A stretch of DNA of 64,000 nucleotides from Octopus vulgaris (lineage: Eukaryota): contig OX597820.1 of assembly GCA_951406725.2 (NCBI GenBank), positions 24,738,001 through 24,802,000 on the forward strand. Reading direction: 5' to 3'. Of this stretch, positions 40,905 to 54,036 are shown in pieces (position 1 is the stretch's first letter; each line of letters begins with the position of its first letter). The notes under the pieces were generated by a model. It ran no database searches. It was not told where the DNA came from and was given only the letters and a program-made list of their open reading frames with translations. Position numbers and translations under genes: made by a program.

Positions 40905-41760
40905 ACTGGCGAGCTGAAGGTAGCGAGATGAAGGCGGCAAGCTGGCAGAATCGTTTGCACGAAGGGCAAAATGCTTAGAGGTATTTCGTCCATCTTAACG
41001 TTCTGAGTTGAAAGTCCGCCTAGGTCGACTTCGCCTTTCATCCTTTCGAGATCCATGAAATAAGTACCAGTGAAGCTCTGGGGTCGATATAAGGAACTAG
41101 ATCCACACCTGAAATTATTGTCTTTGTACCCAAATTAGAAACTATTATTATTGGCGAGCTAGAAGAATCGTTTGCACGCCGCACAAAATGATTAGCGGCA
41201 TTTCATCCGTCTTTACATTCAGAGCCCAAATTCCGCCAAGGAAGATTTTGTCTTTCATTCTTCCGGAGTCGATAAAATAAGTACCAGTTGAGGACTGGGG
41301 TCGATATAATCTACTTGGCTCCTCCCTCAAAATTGCTGGCCTCGTGCCTATAATAGAAAATATTACTACTGATGAGCTGGCAAAATCGTTAGCACACCGG
41401 ACAAAGTGCTTAGCACCATTTCGTCCGTCTCTCCTTTCACAGTTCAAATTCCACTCAGGTCAATAAAATAAGTACTTGGGTCCATGTAATTGACTGATCG
41501 CCTTCCCCTAAATTTCAGACCTTATGCCAAGCGTTGAAAGGGTTATTACTGGCCACATGGCCCGAATCGTTAGCACGTCGGGAAAAATGCTTCTTTGTCC
41601 GTCTTTACGTTCTGAACTCAAATTTTGCCGAGGTCGACGTTGCCGTTCGTCCTATCGGATTCGATAAAATAAGTAACGATTGGACATTTGGGGTGATGTA
41701 ATCAATTTACCCCCACTTCCACCGAAATTGCTGGCATTGTACCAAACACGAAACATTTAT
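40905..41760 (+). repeat. Head-to-tail array of at least four diverged SINE family B copies
   Basis: Heads at about 40932, 41151, 41370 and 41549, plus a stub at 40907. The heads are separated by short tattattact/tattattatt-type linkers. Confidence 0.85.
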
Positions 41761-42224
41761 TACTATTGCTCCCCCATTCTTTTTGCTGAGGTATTTCATT
41801 CCGTCGGATGAGTGGGAAAGGAATAGTTGTCTAGAGCCCCTGAACAGCATACAGCGAGGGAGTATCCTTGTTGTTATTGTTGCTGTTACTGTTATTGTTG
41901 CTTTTGTTGTTGCTATTGTCATTTCTGTCATCATCGTTGCCATTTTTGTTATTGTCTCTATTTTGAATCCATTTATCCCATCAAAGAGATCTTAGACAGA
42001 TGGGAGTTCGGCATACAGGACAACATGGCGAGAGGGAATATGTTATATTTCTTAGATCTGTTGTCGGTACTGCTGCTGCTGCTCTTTCTTCTTCTTCTTC
42101 TTCTTCTTCTTCTTCTTCTTCTTCTTCTTCTTCTTCTTCTTCTTCTTCTTCTTCTTCTTCTTCTTCTTCTTCTTCTTCTTCTTCTAATTCGAGCCTACTC
42201 TAAGCTACTAAGAATGCGATAGAC

Positions 42225-42525
42225 TGAGTGAATTTGGTAGACGGAAACTGAAAGAAGCCTGTCGTATATATGTATATATATATGTGTGTATATGTATGTG
42301 TGTGTATATATGCTTGTGTTTCTGTGTCCCCCCTCCCCAAAATCGCTTGAAAACCGATGCTGGTGTGTTTACGTCCTCGTAACTTAGCGGTTCGGCAAAA
42401 TACACCGATAGGATATGTACTAGGCTTGCAAAGAATAAGTCCTGCGGTCGATTAGCTCGACTAAAGACGGTGCTCCAGCATGGCCACAGTCAAATGACTG
42501 AAACAAGTAAAAGAGTAGAAGAGTA
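42225..42525 (+). mobile_element. SINE family A, 5'-truncated
   Basis: tgagtgaatttggtagacggaaactgaaagaagcc...cagcatggccacagtcaaatgactgaaacaagtaaaagag. Confidence 0.88.
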
Positions 42526-42810
42526 AAGGGTCTGTGTTTGTTCGTGTGTGTGTATGTATGTGTATGTGTGTGTGTGTGTCTGTGTGTTGTATATAAAATA
42601 GAATCGCAAACTAAATACTTCTTGTCACAACTGTAATATATCTCACCATACTGTATTGCCATTCAGAGTTTGCCAGAGACTAAAAGACAACTAGAATACT
42701 TTAGATAGCGTTGAGCCAGTCAGAGATATTTATTGTTATAAATACCTCGTTATTGTTTGTACTTCATTACATAATATTAAATAATATTTTATGACATTTA
42801 TAATTTTCAG

Positions 42811-42941
42811 TTGCGAACAATGCAAGTGGCTACCTTAGAATACGGTGCTGCCAAATATTTCCTTTCCAAAATCAACCCTAGCCTTTACAACAGCTTGAAA
42901 ATGTCCGTGGAATCTATAGAAGAGGCCTTGCAGAAATTAAA
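42811..42941 (+). CDS. GRIN3A: Next coding exon of the GluN3-like receptor (start of the S2 lobe); absent from the supplied ORF track
   Basis: Acceptor taattttcag| and donor aa|gtaagt, 131 nt. The phase-0 start matches the previous donor. It translates LRTMQVATLEYGAAKYFLSKINPSLYNSLKMSVESIEEALQKL(K/N), aligning with the post-M3 iGluR S2 segment (cf. FGTVRESSAEDYV...GVQYLK). Confidence 0.88.
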
Positions 42942-43068
42942 GTAAGTAAAAACGTTTATCTTCTGTTTTATTTCTGTCTATCATTGATGTTTTTGTCGCT
43001 TATCACCCCGACCAGTCCAGATGGACTAGATCTATTATCCAGCCTTAACCGTTCCGTGTTTGTTTTAG

Positions 43069-43320
43069 TGGAGTGCGTGGCTTAGTGGTTAGGGTGTTGG
43101 GCTCATGATCGTAAGATCGTGGTTTCGATTCCTACAACGGGCGACCTGTTTGGTTCCTGAGCAAAATACTTCATTTCACATTGCTCTAGTCCACTAAGCT
43201 GGCAAAAATGAATAAAACTACGACCGACCGGCGTCTTGTCCAGGTGGGGAATATCTGCGCCATGACACCGGGAAACCAGCCCTTATGAGTCGGTATAATT
43301 CGAGAATGTAACTTTACATT
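43069..43320 (+). mobile_element. tRNA-derived SINE family D
   Basis: gcgtggcttagtggttagggtgttgggctcatgatcgtaagatcgtggtttcgattcct head, followed by an ttgagcaaaa.acttcatttcac.ttgct body. Confidence 0.8.
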
Positions 43321-43377
43321 TTTTGTTTTTGTTCCGTGTTTTATTTAGCCCTTTTTTCATACATTCGGAATAAAACA

Positions 43378-43830
43378 AAGGTCGGCTGAAAAGTTCATAG
43401 ACTGGATCAAAATACTCTCATGGAATGGGACGAAATGAGATTTATTTTTCAATATAATACCCCTGGTTGGCCATACTCATCTTCTATTGGTGTTGCAGTG
43501 CTTGGATCCCATTAAGGAAGAAGCTTTCATCCTTTTGGTAAGAAAACGCCACCAACAGCAGATATGATGTCATCGTCACTGCGATACTTGTTCCCAGGCA
43601 AATGTTTTTTCATGTTGAGGAACAGACGATAGTCACGTGGGGCTATATCAAGAGAATAAGGAAAGTAATCAACCAGTTCACAGCCACAGTTATGCACGGC
43701 AGCCATTGAAATCAAGGGCTTGTGTGCTGGAGTATTGTGCTGGTGAAACAAAACCCCTTTCGTTAGTTTTCCTGTGCGCTTGGTTGTATAAAGCTTTTCT
43801 TTCAAAGGTCCCAAGTTACTCTGGTGGTGG
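43378..43830 (-). mobile_element. Mariner-like transposase C-terminal relic
   Basis: KRTGKLTKGVLFHQHNTPAHK...PYSLDIAPRDYRLFLNMKKHLPGNKYRSDDDIISAV, a decayed DD34D domain. TIR ggtcggctgaaaagttcatag is shared with 6400. Confidence 0.85.
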
Positions 43831-45260
43831 AAAAAAATAGGGAAAGTGTGTCATATATGATACATGGATGCTAGGGAAATATTTCCTGTGTATCACATGT
43901 GATACACAGGCAAAGGGTTAACTACTTAAAGAAACAAAACCTAGCGCGTGATTCAACGATGCTGTTGGTAATCTATCACTTTCGATGTCTTTTGTATCTC
44001 CTCGAAGCTGAAACAACGCCAGTTTTTATATTTTTTTCTCATTTTAACCCGAAGATCTTTGACCCCGTATAAAAGTGATCTGGTTAGAAATTTACAGCGC
44101 TTTTATATTTGACTGTTTGCTAGCGAATTCAAAGACCAAATCATTCAGGATTAAATCCAGATACGAAGTCTATTAATGCTAAAGAGTTCAAATGACATTT
44201 AATTTTTGCTGCTGGTGATCTTGGCACCCTGATCATCGCTGATTGAACTTAGTCATATTCAAACGATTGCCAACCCTGACTTCACCCAAACATTTTTATA
44301 TCCAGGATGACATTAACCAGCACGTCCTTCATTTTATTAGATGTATGAGTGCGATTGCGAGGAAGCTGGCAGTGATTTCTAGCAGATCAAGCAAATACAT
44401 ACAGGCTACTGGTTTTTTAACCCCAAGTCGGTCTTCGTAAAACTGTTACCCTTCCAGCCATGATCCACTCATGTTACACTAAAAACAATCAATGTTTCGG
44501 ATTACATTATCTAATGTGTCCTTTCGTTTTCTTTTTTGTGGCCAGAGATGGATTGCTTTTGGTTAGTCTGTAACCAATGCGATACCCTTTCTTTCTAACC
44601 TGCTCTCCCCCCCTCTCTCTCTCTCTCTTCCCCATATTTTATTTTCCTCTCTGTTTTCATTTGTTCTTCTCTATCTCTCTCCATACGTCACTCCCTCTAA
44701 GACAACCAACAAGAACCCAAAAAGACTGGGTTTTCCATACTTCACGGCAACTGAACATATAAAACATTTCTAACAAAACACGTATCGATTAGTTATCATA
44801 CAGATCATTACCAAACAGATTCTGGGGTAGGCTCTCTCATTTAACATAGAGCCGGCTATTATTTCTAGCTGCTAGGTCGACAGAACATGTGTACCTTTGC
44901 TCATTGGCCCGTATGACTGTCTTTCTCTACTCACATGTATTTGTATTTGAACCACTATTTGAGTATGTGAATGTATGTGTGTATAACGTGTATATGTATA
45001 TGTATGTGTCTATATATGTGTGCAATGTGTGTGCGTGGGCAAGTGCGAGTGTGTATATGTGTGTGTATGTATGTATGTATCGGTATGTGGGTGTGTCTGT
45101 GTGTGTGCACGCGCGTGCACGTGCGTGTTTGTGTGTGCGTATGTCTGTGGTATAATCCGTTCCGATCATTTTGATCTCGTCGCAGTTCTCAAGACATCAA
45201 AATGATCGAAGCAGATTTAGAAACCTATAAACTATTGTTGATATATAATTCATATAGAAG

Positions 45261-45330
<70 letters not shown>

Positions 45331-45714
45331 ACACACACACACTCACACATACACCACACAACTCTCACACATACACCACACAACTCTCACACTCAAACAC
45401 GCTCAGATTCACACACACAATACGCTATAAACATATGTATATATGTATGTGCGTACGTATGAATGTATATATGTATGCGTGCGTGTATATGTATGTATAT
45501 ATGTATATGCATATATATTTATATATATATATATATATACATAGACAGACAAGTAAATCTAGGAAGTTAGCTGATATATATATATATACACATATATATA
45601 TATATATATATACACATATATATATATATATATGTATATATATATGTATGTATGTGTATGTATATATATACGTATGTGTATGTATATATATACGTATATA
45701 CATACATATATGTG

Positions 45715-45753
<39 letters not shown>

Positions 45754-46231
45754 ATATATATATACACATATATACATATATACACGCCCACATATATATG
45801 TATGTGCGTATATGTATAAATTCATAGATATACACATACATACATACATTCCATTTATTCCTTCATTCTTTCATTTTCATTTGTTTGAAGCTAATTCTTC
45901 AGTCGAACGTTTTAAACTATGTAATGATAGATGGAACGTTTAACATCAAACAACAAATAAACCCTGCGTATTCAATAAGATTTTTTCTATCGTTTCTACA
46001 ACCCAACGCACACATCATCTATCTATCTACAGAAAGTTTCTTTGAGTGTGCATATTACTGCTTTTTTGTTATTAACACACACATACACACACACACACAT
46101 TCATACTCACATACACATACACACACACATATATATCTATACCTATATATCTATATCTATATCTATCTATCTACATATATATATTTACAGATATATATAT
46201 ATATATTCATATATACAATATATATACATAC

Positions 46232-46333
<102 letters not shown>

Positions 46334-46409
46334 GTATGTATAAATATGTAATTATAAATATATATATATAAATATATATATTTAAACATACATATATGCA
46401 TACATATAA

Positions 46410-46467
<58 letters not shown>

Positions 46468-47269
46468 ATACATATGTATGTATATATATTCATTCATGTA
46501 CACGCAATTTCTGGCACCGCAGAAAATCTCGGCGCTATACTTCCATAACAGCTAGAATCAATAGACGCAAATACGCGCGCGCACGTGTATGTGTGCGCTT
46601 TTGCATGCGTATGTTCGTGTGCACTAATGCGTATATGTGAACTTCCTAAGTAATTCTTGTGTATAAATTGTGCGGCTCTTTATGCTCGTGTGTGTGCACA
46701 TTCTTCTTTTACCATAATTAGGTAAATAGATAACTAATATTATATTAATTAACTAGCTTATGATGAACTTTAATCATTCCGCATATAAATAATTAATCAG
46801 ACCAAATTTCGCATAAACACATATAAACGAAGCAGAAGCTGCATCATTAATTTAATTAACCTTAATTAGCGTGCTGGATTGCACAACAGAAATGCTAGAG
46901 CAAAAGAAGAACAACTGAAGCATGTACACTGTGGTCAACAACCAGAAATTATTGCTTTACCATAAACCTTGGAAGTAATGAGCCTTGACGAAACGCCTTG
47001 GCCGGCTAGAAATTGCAGACACATCTTGCATCATGACCTGTTGTCTTAAAGACACATTGGATGATAATTACGTCTAGAGTAAAAATCAAATAAAAAGATA
47101 AAAAGATAAGAAGCAGAAAATACTGTACACCTGAAAATAGATAGGACAGTCATTGTTAGAATGTCTCTGTCAGAGCAGATGTTAGATAATCATCAGTAAC
47201 TGGCTTACGAGGAACTAGTGAGGGATCCTTGAATGATGTAAGGACCTACTAAAAATTTCATGGAAGTGT

Positions 47270-48355
47270 AATACAAATGAAATGAGAGATTTATCGGAGT
47301 TTCGAAGCGGTCAAATTGTTGGTGATCGTATGTAAGGCGCTAGCGTAACGAAAACAGCCGAAATGTTTGGTGCATCAAGAAAAGCTGTCTCGAAAGTAAT
47401 GACAGCCTTTGAGAAAGAGGGAAAAAACCTACTCTTCGAAAACAAAACTCCGGAAGAAAACAAAACTTTGAGATAGGGACCGTCGGACTCTTACGCGAAT
47501 TGTTAGAAAGGATCACAAAAGCACAGATCCCAAAATTACTGCAGAGCTTAATGACCACCTCGTGAACCCAGTTTCCACAAAGCCTCTTCGCCGGGAGCTG
47601 CACAAAGCCAGATTTCACGGGAGGGCTGCAATCAGAAAATCACTACTTTCGAAAACAAACGTTGCAAAGCGGTTAGAATGTAGTAAAAACTTACTGAATT
47701 GGTTCCTAGATCAGTGGAAGAACATAATTTTCTCGAACGAGTCATCCTTTACCTTATTTCCGACCACCGTCCGAGTATACGTGTGGAGACAGCCAAAAGA
47801 AGCATTTGACCCAGACTTCTCCTTCCAACTGTTAAATATGGAAGAGGATGTGTGATGATCTGGGGGGCTATATCTTGGAAATCCGCCGGCCCAGTGGTTT
47901 TCCTTCATGGCAGAATTAATAGTCAAGACTATTTTATTTGATCAAATTCATCGTATGGTTACGGAACTGTTTCCGGGGAGAAACGTAATTTTTCAGGATG
48001 AAAATGCACCAATTCACACAGCTAAAGTTGTTACTGAATGGCACGAGGAACATTCTAGTGAAGTTGAACATCTTATCTGGCCACCAGTCCCCAGATCTCA
48101 ATATTATTGAACATTTACGGTGCATTTTAGAAAAACAAATAAGGAGTCGATCTCCTTCACCATCATCACTACAAGAACTGGAGACTGTTTTAGCTGAAGA
48201 ATGGACAAAAATTCCTTTGGAAACAAATCAAACTTTGTGCGAATCCATATCTCGTAGATTTCAAGCTGTAATTACTGCCAAAAGCGGTCCTATCCCATAT
48301 TAAAATAAATTTCTTTGAAAGTTTAAGTTGTTTCCATTATTTTGTCCAACCCCTG
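47270..48355 (+). mobile_element. Tc1-like transposon pseudogene (DD34E type) with right TIR
   Basis: Frameshifted MRDLSEF..GQIVG, GRAAIRKSLLSKTNVAKRL, WKNIIFSNESSF, VMIWGAIS, FQDENAPIHTAK, SPDLNIIEHL, AVITAKSGPIPY. Ends in tttccattattttgtccaacccctg|ta. Confidence 0.92.
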
Positions 48356-48377
48356 TATATATATATGCGAGAAAAAG

Positions 48378-48448
<71 letters not shown>

Positions 48449-49304
48449 TGTGTGTACATGTGTATATGTATACCTGAGTCTATGCGCGGAAATATACATG
48501 TATTTATATGTAGGTATGTACTTAGGAACATGTATACATATGCACATGCATACATAATACACACACACACACATACATATAAATATATATATATATATAT
48601 ATACATGCATATACACACACAGACACACAGAGAGACACACACACACACACACATATACAAACAGACAAACATACACTCAAACCTTCCCATAAGTAGGATA
48701 TCGAAAAATTCATTTGTGCACCAACTTGTATGCTTTTGGTGATATTTACATATTTCTGTCAACAACTCTTCATCGAGAAACTAGATCTATCGATTCCCCA
48801 GCCAGTCGATGATGAAACGATATAGCAGTGTTTTATTTATCGCACACAAACCTGATAGATACAGTGAACTTTTGAAATGTCTACAGTCAGATCTCGGTGT
48901 CCATTTACCATCAGAAGTTCAAGTCGGACATCAATCGCGTTAGACCGGCCAACCAGACAGACAGAATCGGAAAAGGTCTGCAAAGGTTAACAGTTTCGGC
49001 CGCTCTTTGCTACGTCGGACTAAAATTGGAAATAAAATATCCAGTTTCGATATCAATCCGTTGCTATTTGAGTTTTGCTGTAGTTGCACTTTAAATTTGG
49101 TTGTTGTTGTTGCTGGTGGTGGTGGTGCTGTTGTAATGGTTGTTGGTATTTTTGCTTCTTGAGCTTTGTTCAATATTTATTAAAGAGACCAGTGTTTCTC
49201 AACGGGGTCCATATGACCGTTGGGGGGCCCTTATAACCCTTGAGGATTTACTTGAGATTCCGTTGTAAGAATATATTTGCCCTAAATCGGTTGTACTTCT
49301 ACAA

Positions 49305-49640
49305 TTCTTTTATTCTTTTACTTGTTTCAGTCATTTGACTGCGGCCATGCTGTAGCACCACCTTGAAGGGTTTTAGTCGAACAAATCTACCCCAGACTTA
49401 TATCTTAAGCCTAGCACTTATTCTCTTTTGTCGAACCTCTAATTTACGAGAACGTCAACACACCAACAGAGGGGGTCAAACGGTGATGGGTGGGGGACAA
49501 ACACAGACACAAAAGCACACACACACAAGGCGGGACTCACAGTTTTCGTCAACTAAGTCCGCTCACAAGACTTTGGTCGACCCGAGGCTATAGTAGAAGA
49601 CACTTGCCCGAGCTTCTAACCACACAGTCACGCCTGTGCC
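49305..49640 (-). mobile_element. SINE family A
   Basis: Reverse complement of the family A consensus, with a deleted head. Confidence 0.85.
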
Positions 49641-50119
49641 TTTTTTTTTTTTTTAATCATATTTAATTCTTGTATTTAATTATCAAAATATAATAGGATT
49701 TTTTAAACATCGAATAGCTATGAGGGTCACCCCAGTAAAATAGCAATCAAGAAGCCTTTTATAGGAAGGAAAATGAAATAGTCCAATGATTACTTGGCCG
49801 TTCTTTTCTACCCCGGATATAAATTGGGAACAAAATATCCGGTTTCGATACCAAGCTGTTGATATTTGAGTTCTGTGGTTGTTGCGTTTTCAATTTCTCT
49901 GGTGCCGCGAATTAACTACAGTTCAACCCTAATTGAAAAGATTAATGTTTAATGACAAGTATTCAATATGTAATTTGTTGTGTAAGATTTGTGTGAGGGA
50001 TGAGGATTTAAGGAAGAGAAGTAGGGAAATATCATAATTCCTTAACGCATGATTTTGGTCATTCAGACTATTTCCTTTCTTTTAGTCAGTTATCCATCTC
50101 TCGCAAACATGTGTGTCTG

Positions 50120-50360
50120 TACCTTGACCGACCAGTCCATAAGATGTAGTTACACATCGCTGGTCACAATGCGTTCGCATTGTTTTAGCCTTCGAATGAC
50201 GCCACACCGCTGGCTAAGCGAGCAGGCCAACAGAAGAAAGAGTGGTGAAAGAGTACAGCAGGGATCACCACCCCCTGCCGGAGCCTCGTGGAGCTTTTAG
50301 GTGTTTTCGCTCAATAAACACTCACAACGCTGCCCTAACCACTAGGCCATTGCACCTCCA
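50120..50360 (-). mobile_element. tRNA-derived SINE family C (internally deleted head)
   Basis: Homologous to 59530-59840. Confidence 0.8.
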
Positions 50361-50391
50361 CATATGTATACATATACATACATATACATAG

Positions 50392-50620
50392 TTAATACAA
50401 AGAACAAACAATTAAAAAAACAGAAAAAAAAAGAAAAAACCAAACATGAGGACGTGCACAAGAAATATATTTTATTAATTTGACGCTCGGTGAAAGGAGA
50501 GAGTTGTTAACGTTTCGAGCATAGCTCTTCGTCGGAAAGAGAAAAGTCCAAAGAGAAGGAAGGGAAAAATAAAGAAAAATCGTCCGCAATCCACGTGCGG
50601 TCATGTTTCTGAAGTAACCG
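50392..50620 (-). mobile_element. Short pLTR-like repeat with a minimal hammerhead variant (50508-50535)
   Basis: Minus strand: CCGACGA a gagc-tat-gctc GAAA cgtta. Same family as 4846 and 26400. Confidence 0.65.
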
Positions 50621-50769
50621 GAAACTGAAGGAGAAAGAGAGTGGCTTGGGGACAAGAGAGTGTGAAGATGGTCAGTATGTGTGTGTGATTGTGTGTGTGT
50701 GTGTGTGCTTCTGGTAGCATACATAAACATTTTTGTAATATACTTGTATTATATTTATATAGATAAATA

Positions 50770-51130
50770 ACCAACCACATGGTTCCGAGTTCAGTCCCAC
50801 TGCGTGGCATCTTGGGCAAGTGCCTTCTGCTATAGCCCCGGGCCGACCAATGCCTTGTGAGTGGATTTGGTAGACGGAAACTGAAAGAAGCCTGTCGTAT
50901 ATATGTATATATATATATGTATGTGTGTTTGTGTGTCTGTGTTTGTCTCCCTAGCATTGCTTGACAACCGATGCTGGTGTCTTTACGTCCCCGTCACTTA
51001 GCGGTTCGGCAAAAGAGACCGATAGAATAAGTACTGGGCTTACAAAGAATAAGTCCCGGGTCGATTTGCTCAACTAAAGGCGGTGCTCCTGCATGGCCGC
51101 AGTCAAATGACTGAAACAAGTAAAAGAGAG
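50770..51130 (+). mobile_element. SINE family A
   Basis: Matches the family A consensus. Confidence 0.9.
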
Positions 51131-51239
51131 TAGAGATATATACATGTATATATCGGTGTATTTACGCGTATATATGTATACGCACACGTACACGCATACA
51201 CACACTCGCGTTTATCCATCCTTCTATCTATCACTTCCC

Positions 51240-51314
<75 letters not shown>

Positions 51315-51319
<5 letters not shown>

Positions 51320-51433
51320 CAATCGGTTAGCGCGCCGTACATATAGATAGTACCTTCCCTGTGTTTCAAACCACAAGACGGAGGTTATGCGGAGGTTATG
51401 CGGAGGTTGTGAGTTCGAGACTTATCCGAGGCA
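51315..51433 (+). pseudogene. Intron-containing tRNA-Ile(TAT) pseudogene with the 5' acceptor strand lost
   Basis: tggcacaatcggttagcgcgccgtacaTATa [intron about 51346-51397] atgcggaggttgtgagttcgagacttatccgaggca. This matches the metazoan tRNA-Ile-UAU pattern TGGCGCAATCGGTTAGCGCGCGGTACTTATA...ATGCCGAGGTTGTGAGTTCGA. U33 is mutated and the 5' end is replaced by (TA)n. Confidence 0.8.
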
Positions 51434-51442
51434 CAAATTTTA

Positions 51443-51596
51443 TAGGCGCAGATTTGGCTGTGTGGTAAGAATCTTGCTTTTCAACCACACGGTTCCGGGT
51501 TCAGTACCTACTATAGCCTCGGGCCGACCAAAGCCTTGTGAGTGGATTTGGTAGATGGAAATTGAAAGCAGCGCGTCATATATGTGTGTGTGTGTT

Positions 51597-51650
<54 letters not shown>

Positions 51651-51866
51651 TATGGCTGTGGTTGTCCCCCACCACCATTGCTTGGCAGCCGATGTTGGTA
51701 TGTTTACGTTCCCGTAACTTAGCAGATCGATAAAACAGACCGGTAGAATAAGCACTTGGCTTACAAAGAATCTGTCCTGGGATTGATTTATTCGACTAAT
51801 GGTGGTGCTCCAGCATGGCTGCAGTCAAATGACTGAAACAAGTAAAAGAATAAAAGATTAAAAGAA
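51443..51866 (+). mobile_element. SINE family A
   Basis: aggcgcagatttggctgtgtggtaag head through to the gtaaaagaataaaaga tail. Confidence 0.9.
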
Positions 51867-52231
51867 TATATACATACAGTAATGCTTCGACATACGAGTT
51901 AATTTGTTTCTGGAGACCGGTTGTAAAGCGAAAACTCGAAAGCAGAGCAATAATTTCTCATAGTAGTAATGCTATAAATTGTAATTCGTTCCTCGAGAAA
52001 TATTTTACCTATAAAATTTTTAATACTCGTAAATAAATGGCAATAAAACAACAGTAGAATGTAACCAATATTTTATGTAAAGTCAAAAGAATGTTAATAT
52101 CACTTATACTAAAAAATATAGTTCTTATAATCATTTTTTGAATCGCTTTCACTCGCACAAGACTCGTGCACACCATCACTTGTAGACGCGATCGCTGATT
52201 TACAAGCACTCGTAGATGGACTTATAGATTT

Positions 52232-52308
<77 letters not shown>

Positions 52309-52737
52309 AAATGCATGAATGAACGGTATATCAATCGACCAGGATCTAACAAAGGTAAAGAAGTGGTTCTCCATTAGATACCCTCAAAATTTAAGTCTTG
52401 GGTGGGTGGTGGGAAATAACTACAGTTTTTATTACATTAAGGAAATGGAAATTGGGACGCTTCAATACATGTCAGCGGTTTGAGAGGAGATAGACGTTCA
52501 TAAACTTCCGTTATATGATTTTTACTTCATCAGCTAAGCGGGATATTCAATCACTGAGAGTGCGCAAGGACTTCACGGCTTGTTAGTCATATGGCTACGT
52601 TTACGTGAATTAATCAAATGGTAACAACTACACAGATACATACATCCAGATATGTACACACACACATACACACACACGCATATGTATATAATACATTTCT
52701 ATCATATATGTTATGTTATGATATATATATATATTAA

Positions 52738-52875
52738 TAATAATATTAGGGAGTAAATCCAAATTTACAGGGAAAAATTAGATTTAGGATTAAATCTAAT
52801 TTCACAGTATAAATATAAATTAAATTAAAGATAAAACCACTATTAGGCAAATCAAACAGTGAAAAACATAAACCA
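52738..52875. mobile_element. Fragment of the element family seen at 10463-10775
   Basis: attagggagtaaatccaaatttacagggaaaa...ggattaaatc is the reverse complement of about 10700-10765. The following aaattaaagataaaaccactattaggcaaatcaaaca is a direct match to about 10470-10510. Confidence 0.75.
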
Positions 52876-52987
52876 AAACATGAAAATAAAAATAATTAAT
52901 ATACTCTACAAAATATATAAAATATAAAATTTAAAATTTAAATTATTTAAATTTAAAATTATTAATTTATATTTATATTTATATTTA

Positions 52988-53023
<36 letters not shown>

Positions 53024-53128
53024 TAATTATATATAACTATCAAAAAGTATTAAAAAGTTTATTTTATGTAGGTATGCATATAAATGTATGATTAGCTTTG
53101 CTCTCATACACTGTATACTTTTCTCACT

Positions 53129-53190
<62 letters not shown>

Positions 53191-53304
53191 AACTCTCTCC
53201 CCCTGTTACTGTGACTTCCATTAAACTTACCCGTTCCCTTTCCCTGCTTCTTCCTCCATTTCTCTGTCTACGTATCTATTTATCTATCTTATCTATTTGT
53301 CTGC

Positions 53305-53379
<75 letters not shown>

Positions 53380-53380
53380 C

Positions 53381-53434
<54 letters not shown>

Positions 53435-53444
53435 GTCTGTCTGA

Positions 53445-53482
<38 letters not shown>

Positions 53483-53583
53483 GTCTGTCTGTCTATCTAT
53501 CTATCTATTTTTGTGTGTTCGTGTGTGTGCGTGCGTGCATATACATGCTTATATAGGTATCTATATAAATATTTGTATTGACA

Positions 53584-53624
<41 letters not shown>

Positions 53625-53819
53625 ATTGATTGATTGATTGATTCTCAAACACATATGCGCGTGATGATATGCGTGCGTGCGTATTGATGTCTGTTCTGTT
53701 CCTTTGCAATTCCAAAAAAAATGACATTATTATTCTCAGCAAATAGGGTTTCTATGAAACACTAAGATTTAACACGAAAACTAGGAAAAATAACAAAAAG
53801 AAAAAAACAAAATGAAAGC

Positions 53820-54002
53820 ATAAATCATCATCATCATCGTCGACGTTATCGTTGTCGTCGTCATTATCATTGTCACTATCATCATCCTTACCACCACCAA
53901 CACCATCATCATCATCATCATTATCATCATAGTTGTTGTCATCACTACCAACAACAACAACGTCAAAACAACCACCAACACCACAATCATCTCCTCTTCT
54001 TT

Positions 54003-54036
<34 letters not shown>

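Noticed and set aside
40905-41760. CRISPR-like regular repeat array
   Set aside because: The units are ~200-nt SINE copies, the context is eukaryotic, and there are no short identical repeats with unique spacers and no cas genes.
52488-52536. Minus-strand CTGATGA...GAAcgtcta hammerhead-like motif
   Set aside because: GAAA is incomplete and the helices are weak, so it is too degenerate to call.
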